The notes below the pieces were generated by a model. That model worked only from the letters and a program-made list of their open reading frames with translations, did not search any database and had not been told where the DNA came from. The translations under genes were made by a program, and so were the position numbers. A stretch of 43,525 nucleotides of DNA. It comes from Octopus bimaculoides. Lineage: Eukaryota. Location: positions 16,876,426 through 16,919,950 of the forward strand of contig NC_068983.1 of assembly GCF_001194135.2 (NCBI RefSeq), written 5' to 3'. Numbering within the stretch: position 1 is the first letter of the stretch; each line of letters starts with the position of its first letter. This document shows positions 34,740 to 43,525 of this stretch, piece after piece.

Positions 34740-35094
34740 NNNNNNNNNNNNNNNNNNNNNNNNNNNNNNNNNNNNNNNNNNNNNNNNNNNNNNNNNNNNN
34801 NNNNNNNNNNNNNNNNNNNNNNNNNNNNNNNNNNNNNNNNNNNNNNNNNNNNNNNNNNNNNNNNNNNNNNNNNNNNNNNNNNNNNNNNNNNNNNNNNNNN
34901 NNNNNNNNNNNNNNNNNNNNNNNNNNNNNNNNNNNNNNNNNNNNNNNNNNNNNNNNNNNNNNNNNNNNNNNNNNNNNNNNNNNNNNNNNNNNNNNNNNNN
35001 NNNNNNNNNNNNNNNNNNNNNNNNNNNNNNNNNNNNNNNNNNNNNNNNNNNNNNNNNNNNNNNNNNNNNNNNNNNNNNNNNNNNNNNNNNNNNN
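34740..35094. other. Assembly gap
   Basis: N run. Confidence 1.
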
Positions 35095-35229
35095 GATACA
35101 GGGGGTCATTTTCATAGCATTTTTTCGATGGCCAGATAACTGAAGAGATGGCGGCGTGGGTTTCCGCCCCGACATCCGAAACTCGGACGAATAATTGTCA
35201 CATATTATTTACACACATATATATATATA

Positions 35230-35880
35230 TATGGGAGAATGTACGAAAAAAGCAACAGACGAGGACAGGTGGTGTAAACAACAAAAGGATGTATTAGTTT
35301 GACGCTCGGGAATACAGAAAGTCTTTAACGTTTCGAGCTACGCTCTTCAACAGAAAGAATACGGAGAAAACAAGGAGAAAAACACGGAGAAAAAAAAATA
35401 AATGGTGTTTGGTCAACGATCTATCATGGCCAGCAAGAAGGAATACAGCGGAACATTTATTTGAAATCACTGCAATTGTTTCAACACAACGTAGTTCTCC
35501 AGGTTCGCAAGTTATGTACCCGTTTCTCTGCATTGTGAGATCTTGGGTTTCATCAGGTGCTGTATAAATATTGTTTCCGTGTTTCGTAAACTCGAATTTT
35601 CGGCTTCAACACATCCTTTCTGTCTGTCGTGGCTATGCGAGGTAGTAGTAGTAGTATCCACTCAGTACATCAAAATGTGTGTTGTGGTTGAAAATCTGTT
35701 GATGAACCTGCTTTAAATGTACAGATGGAGTAGGAGGGTGGCTATGCTATGGATGGCAAGTGTTGAGGTTCATATAAAAGGGAGTACCAGTCTATTGCGT
35801 TGTACTGCCAATTCATTCTTTATGGTTACACTTGTAATTGCAATTGGCGGACCTTCAAGAGTTCACCGGTTATTCAGTTG
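35230..35880 (-). mobile_element. Probable decayed Penelope-like element with terminal repeat
   Basis: Broken frame TGTPFYMNLNTCHP*HSHP resembles the PLE 'YL.F.S.HP.H' thumb region; ends in a GAAGAGCGTAGCTCGAAACGTT hammerhead-like motif. Confidence 0.4.
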
Positions 35881-36129
35881 ATGAATTAACATGTACATAT
35901 ACATCCTTCTATATAGATCTACATATATACACACACCCACGTGTACACTTACATGCTCTCATCTATACATATATACTTGAATATACGCTCCTACGACTTT
36001 ACATACACACGCACATATACGCTTACATATACAAATTCATATATACAGACACAGACACATACACATATATATAGATCTATATCTATACACACACACATAC
36101 GCATGCTCGTACACACACACAGATACACA

Positions 36130-37703
36130 CACACGAGAAGCCATGGATCTGCGCACGAAGAAATCGTCTGTTGTAGCTGTGTAGGCCCACACAGAAGTGG
36201 CAGTCACGCATACAGCGATTGCATTTGAAGTAGCTCTCTGCCGGTGCTACTGGTTTTTTCCTTCCGGTGAGTACCTGTTTTTGTTCTGCTCTCTTCATCC
36301 CCTTTCGCAGTCTTTGTCTCCAGTGATCATATGTAATCTCTTCCCATCTCAAGACGTCCAGATCAAGTGACTTCATATCCTTCTTACAGACGTTCTTGAA
36401 ACGAAGATGAGGTCGTCCTCTTGTTCTTGTGGCAGTGGCCAATTCCCCAAAGAGGAGGTCTTTGGAGATCATTCCGTCCGGAATACAATGTACATGACCG
36501 AGTCAGCGCAAACGACGCTGCTGGAGCAGGGTGAGTTTGTTGGCTATCTTAGCTCGGTTGAGGACTTTGGCGATGTGGCAGGTCCACTTGAAAGCCAAGA
36601 TGCGTCTCAAATTACAAAGGTGAAAGACGTTGAGATGCTGCTCCTGTCTGGAGTATAGGCCCACGTCTCACTGCCGTAAAGTAGCGTACTAAGGACACAC
36701 ACCTTATAGACAGCAATCTTGGTGTTAGCAGCCAGTTTTTTGCTTTCCCAAACTCTCTTTTTGAGCCTGACAAATGTGAAGGATGCTTGTCCGATTTGCC
36801 TGTTAATCTCAGGGTTCAGGGAGAGGTTATCAGTGATGGTAGAGCCGAGACAGGTGAATTGATGGAATACCTCCAGCTTGTAGTTGTTGATGGTGATGAT
36901 GGGAGTGGGTTGCTTGACACTTTTGCTCATTACTTGGGTCTTTTTCAAACTGATAGTCAGACTGAATTCCTGACAAGCCTTTGACAGTTTGTCCACGAGG
37001 TGCTGCATTTGCTCTTCAGAGTGCGCTGTCAGTGCTGTATCGTCCGCGAACAGCATTTCTCTGACGAGTACCTGGCGCACTCTGGATTTTGCTTTCAGTC
37101 TCGACAGATTAAACAGTTTTCCACTTGATCTGGTATGGGGGTAAACACCATCAGTTGATGTCCCAAATGCATGTTTCAGCAGGACTGCAAAGATGATGCC
37201 AAACAGGGTGGGGGCAAGCACACAGCCCTGCTTCACGCCACTACGTATGTTGAATGTCTCCGAAAAAGAGCCATCAAATTGAACGACGCCTTTCATGCCT
37301 GCGTGAAATGATTGGGCAATCCTGAGGAGTCTTGGAGGACAGCTCATCTTGGCAAGGATTTTGAATGGTCCTTTGTGAGGTTGATGAAGGTGATAAAGAA
37401 TGGTTGTCTTTGCTCTCGGCACTTATGTAGCTGTCGGAGAGAGATTATGTCGATGGTGGAGCTTTTTGATCTGAAACCGCACTGAGATTCGGGATATACC
37501 CTCTCAGCAATTTTCTGTCGTCTGTTTAAGGTCACACGGACAAAGTCCTTCCTAACGATGCTTAACAGCGAGATAACTTGGTAGTTGTTGCAGTCGCTTT
37601 TGTCCCTTTTGTTCTTATATAGGGTGACAACGTTGCAGTCTCTCATGTCTTGCGGCTCTGATCGCTTCTCCCAATACTGACACAGTAGCTTCAGCAAGTA
37701 GTT
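36130..37703 (-). mobile_element. 5'-truncated, frameshifted RTE-clade LINE (reverse transcriptase)
   Basis: ORFs 37344-37697, 36607-37422 and 36083-36472 carry YKNK.DKSDCNNY, ESQCGFR, GVKQGCVLAPTLF, LFADD, LLYGSETW and RGRPHLRFK motifs in collinear order. Confidence 0.95.
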
Positions 37704-38193
37704 ATGTTGAACTCTCCTTGCACATCTGATGTAATAAGCAGCTTATTAATTGAAAATGGTGAATACCATTTTTTTGTACGTTCTTTTTCCAATTTTGTAA
37801 AAAGACATCTTATAGTGTGGAACACTAATTTTCTTCAGAGAACGTTCAGGTTCTCGGAACCCAATGTGGGAGATTCTAGTTTAGGATATGTTGCTATCAA
37901 GAACTTGTTCAGTCAAACGTAATACCAATGAAGTTCCAGCCATCCCATTCTCTTTATTTTCAAGTAATATACCTGGGATTTAAGTAGTCAATGTATCCTT
38001 CGTGATATTTTTAAAGACAGTAAGATGTGATACAAGAGAGATTTTGGCTGCTATTTCTGGGAGAAGGAGTGCTCCCGTAGAGCCTCCTTCCTTCCTTCCC
38101 GCGTGTGAAGTGCACTTCGGTTTGTAACGGTTCACCTACTGAATATAACTGTTTTCTGGTTCTGAATGGGAGGTTAGTGTCTTTTATATAAAG

Positions 38194-38337
38194 TTGACAT
38201 AGGCAACCTTATTTTGAGAAGAGCCGCTTGAGACGTGGCTCATCATCCGGTGGGCTGCGTTACTAAAACATTCGAGGTAAGTTTCCCTAAGGCGTGCCGT
38301 TTTGAAAGCCCCACGGGCCACAGGTTGTCCATGACTG
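38194..38337. mobile_element. hAT-type MITE, degenerate
   Basis: Right end GGTTGTCCATGACTG; left end 10/15 match; 8-bp TSD ATATAAAG/GTATAAAG. Confidence 0.55.
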
Positions 38338-38622
38338 GTATAAAGTTTGTACAATGCGCGCGTGCGACGCACACACACACGAAAGGAAAGAAAAGAGCAC
38401 TCAACACATTTAGTAGGTATTATTTAAAAGAAAGCATGGAAGATTATCACAGACTACAGTTGTAGAGACTCCGAGAGCTTGAGATGTGTGTTGTTTATTC
38501 ACAAATATTGCGTTGTAGAAGACAGGTTGTTTTAATATGTAAAGTCTCTGGTGAGTCTTTTGGTGGTTTTGAAGAAACTGAACTTGGAAGATGTTTTTGA
38601 GGTGTTAGTTTAAAGAACTCTT

Positions 38623-38669
<47 letters not shown>

Positions 38670-38939
38670 AAATGCAGCTAGTGTTGGGTAGGATTCATGA
38701 CAGACGAAGTGTAGACAGTAACTTCGCTGCGGGCTAGCTAGGAAGTTGGCCAACAGCGAAAGGGACTTCCGGTAGGAGAAGAAAAATAAAAAGAATGCCA
38801 ACAGTGAGTGTTAAACGAATCTGAATGAATAAAGCAGAAATAACTGGCGACTTAAGCCCTGATGTACGTAAAGTAATAAACCTTTGATAAATGTAGTCTC
38901 GTCTCCACTAGTTTGTTTGCGTACAGCTTAACAAAGATG

Positions 38940-39120
38940 TACTAGGTTTTTTTTTCACTTGGAGGACGTAAAACTTTGCTGCTTCTCATTAGTTTCTCAC
39001 CTTCTAACTTTTTCTGAAGAAGGACACTGTCCAAAACGTTGGATTTCCCGCTCCTCAGAGCGAGTTGGTTCACTGTACTCGTCTTATCGATTTAACTACA
39101 TAATATACGTCTTGCTGACG
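38940..39120 (+). mobile_element. Possible Penelope-like terminal repeat
   Basis: CTGAAGAAGGACACTGTCCAAAACGTT hammerhead-like core; downstream tttcccg...tcgtc loosely parallels the 35230-35350 terminus. Confidence 0.35.
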
Positions 39121-39350
39121 CTCACCAACATCAGCCTCTTCAGAGTCAGATTATGAAAGGCATACATACATACATGTATGCGCGTATACACACAAATATA
39201 TATATATGTATATACACGTACACATACACAATGAAAGCAATAAACACAAAAAGACAACGTAGGAGAGAGGTATGCACCCACAGAATATATATTGTAAAAT
39301 ACGCGTTATCTGACACACTTAAACTGATATTTGATGTTAATCTGCATGCT

Positions 39351-39381
<31 letters not shown>

Positions 39382-39469
39382 ATGCAGCTATATATATGTG
39401 AGTGTGTGTGGATATATATATTTATATGTATATACATATGTGTGTATGTGTGCGCGCGCGAATATATAT

Positions 39470-39990
39470 NNNNNNNNNNNNNNNNNNNNNNNNNNNNNNN
39501 NNNNNNNNNNNNNNNNNNNNNNNNNNNNNNNNNNNNNNNNNNNNNNNNNNNNNNNNNNNNNNNNNNNNNNNNNNNNNNNNNNNNNNNNNNNNNNNNNNNN
39601 NNNNNNNNNNNNNNNNNNNNNNNNNNNNNNNNNNNNNNNNNNNNNNNNNNNNNNNNNNNNNNNNNNNNNNNNNNNNNNNNNNNNNNNNNNNNNNNNNNNN
39701 NNNNNNNNNNNNNNNNNNNNNNNNNNNNNNNNNNNNNNNNNNNNNNNNNNNNNNNNNNNNNNNNNNNNNNNNNNNNNNNNNNNNNNNNNNNNNNNNNNNN
39801 NNNNNNNNNNNNNNNNNNNNNNNNNNNNNNNNNNNNNNNNNNNNNNNNNNNNNNNNNNNNNNNNNNNNNNNNNNNNNNNNNNNNNNNNNNNNNNNNNNNN
39901 NNNNNNNNNNNNNNNNNNNNNNNNNNNNNNNNNNNNNNNNNNNNNNNNNNNNNNNNNNNNNNNNNNNNNNNNNNNNNNNNNNNNNNNNNN
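39470..39990. other. Assembly gap
   Basis: N run. Confidence 1.
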
Positions 39991-40045
<55 letters not shown>

Positions 40046-40882
40046 CATGTATATTCTAGATATGCAATACATATATATATATATATATGATCCTAAATAT
40101 ACTTTATACTATTATATGTATTATATTATTTTGATATTATATACATATTGTATATATATATATAACCTATCATTCAAATATATGCATATAGTAAATTGCA
40201 TATTTATAGAAATATATGACATGCATATTTATATAGTAACTATACATGTACGGCGAACTGTCCATTTTTTTCTCTTTTACTATGCTTACACATTGAAGTA
40301 TAAATCCATATGGAAATATACGTAATTATACATCTATATGTAAAAAGTGTATATATTTACACACACACAATATATATTTATAGTATATGCACAGGAACAT
40401 GCACGTGTGTGCATGTTGGTATTGTTTACTTCATGAGTAATCTGGCTTATTTGATTACTTGGAAGACCAGAGGCGGGAACATTTGGTCTTCTACTTAGCT
40501 TTCCTTGCCTTCAAAATTACTGGGCTTTTTAAAGCATTATTTTGTGTATTTCATTTTTTTTTCTTTTGTAATCCAGTAATTATATTATTAGGAAAGTTGT
40601 ACTGAGATATATGTTGGTTCATCGGAAGTGCGATTCAGAAAGTCCTGGGCAAACCAAATACAAAAATGAAATATAACTTTTCTATGGTATTTTTGTAATG
40701 GTACTATGGCGGAGAGAAGAATATATATAATCTACACATGTACATATATATAAATTTTTATATCTAGTTTTATATAGAGAATATTTTGACTGACTCTCTC
40801 TCTATTATATACGTGCGTGTGTCGTCTGAGACCATTAGTCAGAGAAAAGATGCACTCATATATATATATATATATATATATA

Positions 40883-41115
40883 GGTACTACTAAAGCAGCA
40901 CGGTCCCGAACGCGCAGTCGCGCGTCCATCTAGCTAGTCGTGAGTGGTCGATCCTAACCCTAACCCTATTCCTAACCCTAACCCTCACCCTAAACACGTA
41001 TTCATTTGCACACGCGGGTTAGGGATAGGGTTAGGGTTAGGGTTAGGGACAGGGTTAGGGTTAGGGTTAGGATCGACCACTCAAGACTAGCTAGCGCGGA
41101 CGCGCTGCTTTAGTA
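40883..41115. mobile_element. Fold-back MITE of the same family with expanded telomeric arrays, inserted in (TA)n
   Basis: Starts GGTACTACTAAAGCAGC; same core AAACACGTATTCATTTGCACACGC; right end stops at GCTGCTTTAGTA (last 5 nt missing); (TA)n on both sides hides any TSD. Confidence 0.88.
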
Positions 41116-41127
41116 TATATATATATA

Positions 41128-41198
<71 letters not shown>

Positions 41199-42352
41199 CT
41201 ATATTATATGTACAGTATATATTGTATTTTATATATATATATCTACAATAATTCGGAAATGAAAGAGCCAAAGTTTAAAAAGACAAAAGAACCATGAGAT
41301 AATCATTGTTAAAAAGCAAGCAATTAAAAGTAGTAAAATACGTAGTATGATATAGAAATAGAAATATAAACACAAAACTTGCGGAAGTTTAGAAAAAAAA
41401 TAAACTCATAAATGAAGGAGAAAGGGTAAGAGCGAATAAGAGATAATAAAAAAGCAAAGAGGGTGGGGGAAGGAGAGAGAGAGAGAGACTAAGGTAGTAA
41501 CCAGGGTGAGAAAAAAAGAGAGAGAAATAATAAGATAGTGGAAAAAGACGACAGAAAGAAAAAGTGAGCAAAATAGTAAAAAGGAAGAGGGAGATGCGTA
41601 ACAAAATGGACTTAAGTTTAAAAGAGCGACTAGTTTGAGTAGAGTGAGGATTAGTGTGAGGTAAAAGGTATATAGATGAACTGGAGTAAGCGGTTGATGG
41701 TTGTGACGGAGTGAAAAAAAGGGAGGAGTATGAGGAAGGGAGCACTTATTTTCCGCCATATTTCCAAGCAGTTGATTAAATGTAGTGGAAATATATACTT
41801 TTCACTCTTTATCTCATGCTATCATCACTGTGGATTTTGCACTGGATTGAAATAATACATTCTGCTACTGTTTGATTATTCTACATTACCGGGATCTAAT
41901 GGCATGTATCTATCTTTAAAAAACGCCTTCAGTGGAATTACTATTTATTTACTCCATTTTCCTTGTATCTTTTACTTCTCATAACTAAAACAAAATCCTG
42001 TGTGATTTTTTATAAATTGTGTGTTAGGTATCAATATCATATGAAGTCATTATTTTCCAAAGTTCTGTTTTTTAATCGATGGAAGTATACACATAACTGT
42101 AGGAAGCTTATGTTACTCTCCAGAAGTCTGAAGAAAGTCAAACGAGAAGGCTATAATTTTAAGCTATTCATCCACGAGCTTTACAATCCGGTACTCCGTA
42201 AGATATATGTATATAATATCCCTCAATTTTACTGAATATTTCCATTACTATGTATATCGCATCCTCTTTTTTTGTGTTTGTATTTTGTTAATATTCGTTC
42301 GTTTTGATTATAAAATGCAACCGATACTGATGCAACACACACATACACACAC

Positions 42353-42424
<72 letters not shown>

Positions 42425-43460
42425 GTTAAATGCGTTTTACTCCATTTACTAAATCTATATATTTACTCAAGTACCCAAAATAACAAGGAGTTTCTACCTC
42501 ATAAACAGGAGTTACACTACAGTCATTTTGTGATCTTTTCTACCCTGGTATCTATTAACCAATTTATTTTGTCCGAGCTAATTATTAACTTAAAGAAAAT
42601 AATACATATAATAAAAAAATATATGTATTCCTGTCGGTGTTACTCGTTTTTGATAACACCAGTGGAGAGGAGCACTTATGATGCCGTATTTATGATTTAG
42701 GTATCTATCAGAAATAATGCGTACATACTTTCTGATTTTACTTGAGTCTGCTGGAATTATATATATATATATATATATATAAAAAAAATAAAATAATAGC
42801 TTGTTACAACCAAATTATTGTAATGAATGTACATCCTATATTACAGTGTATGTATGTATGTATGTATATATATGCATTCTCTCTCTCACTCACACACTAA
42901 TCTGATGATGCAAACGTGCACAGACGTATGTATGCGTTAGTAAGGGGGGAAGAATATGTAGGAAAGACAGTTTTCGTTAGTTAAGTTGGTCAAAACATTT
43001 TCATTTGATATTTAGAAGATTCATTCAATTTCTTCTCATTCCACAGTATGCTTTGATACATTTGTATAACTTTTAACATATTCATATCATAAGCATATAG
43101 TGTGGTGAATTGGTGAGAGAATATTGTAAATGGAACATATCATTTACAATTTATGCTTTGATAAATTTCCAGGTTTTTACAGAAACTATACAGGCTTTTG
43201 TATGATATACGTACACAATACATATATGTATGATATATATGCGTGAGTATATTATATATAATCAGAATCTAAGAAGTGTAGTTTAGTAATTAATCCAATT
43301 TCGTATGACGTTCGCCAATCAATATATTTGTTCGTTTAAATGATGTTATTACCAACTGGTGATCAAATTTCCTAATTTGATGTCTTAGATCTAGTAATTT
43401 CGTAAAACTAATTGTGTGGTCAGTAGTGATTTCATAGTTGATCAAAAACTGTGTAGAATC

Positions 43461-43525
<65 letters not shown>

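Noticed and set aside
40448-40482. TGGAAGACCAG...TGGTCTTC hairpin resembling the start of miR-7
   Set aside because: Only 8 nt match miR-7 and the stem is 8 bp, too short for a pre-miRNA.
41752-41763. YY1-like CCGCCATATTT motif
   Set aside because: Isolated motif with no other promoter evidence.
42100-42199. Possible plus-strand exon KLMLLSRSLKKVKREGYNFKLFIHELYNPVL with gtaaga donor
   Set aside because: No polypyrimidine tract at the acceptor, no partner exons, no recognised homology.
1-43525. CRISPR arrays, rRNA, prokaryotic operons or defence systems
   Set aside because: The sequence is intron-containing eukaryotic DNA; no regularly spaced repeat-spacer array or rRNA similarity was seen.

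Overview
Eukaryotic, AT-rich, repeat-dense genomic DNA. The SINE/MITE repertoire and the (AT)n-flanked scaffold gaps look like an Octopus assembly (inference); about 3.7 kb is N. One protein-coding gene is well supported: the 3' half of an SLC12A9 (CIP1/CCC6) orthologue on the + strand. Its five exons are 4217-4328, 5256-5413, 6354-6436, 7061-7185 and 8626-9973; they splice GT-AG and in frame, and the 5' exons lie upstream of the window. The rest is mostly transposon-derived: several SINE families, a 5'-truncated RTE LINE (36.1-37.7 kb), a restriction-like-endonuclease (R4/Hero-type) LINE 3' end, probable Penelope-like relics with hammerhead-like cores, and MITEs of piggyBac, Tc1/mariner and hAT type. 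The most striking signal is a CpG-rich fold-back DNA element family with terminus GGTACTACTAAAGCAGCGC and 9-bp target-site duplications (Mutator-like). It occurs four times in four structural states: a 183-bp copy with internal (CCCTAA)n-core-(TTAGGG)n telomeric arrays, a copy with expanded arrays, a 64-bp micro-derivative, and the right end of a longer telomere-free relative at the window start. Weaker signals are a possible minus-strand transcript starting near 24.7-24.85 kb and a CLEAR-box tandem repeat in an SLC12A9 intron.
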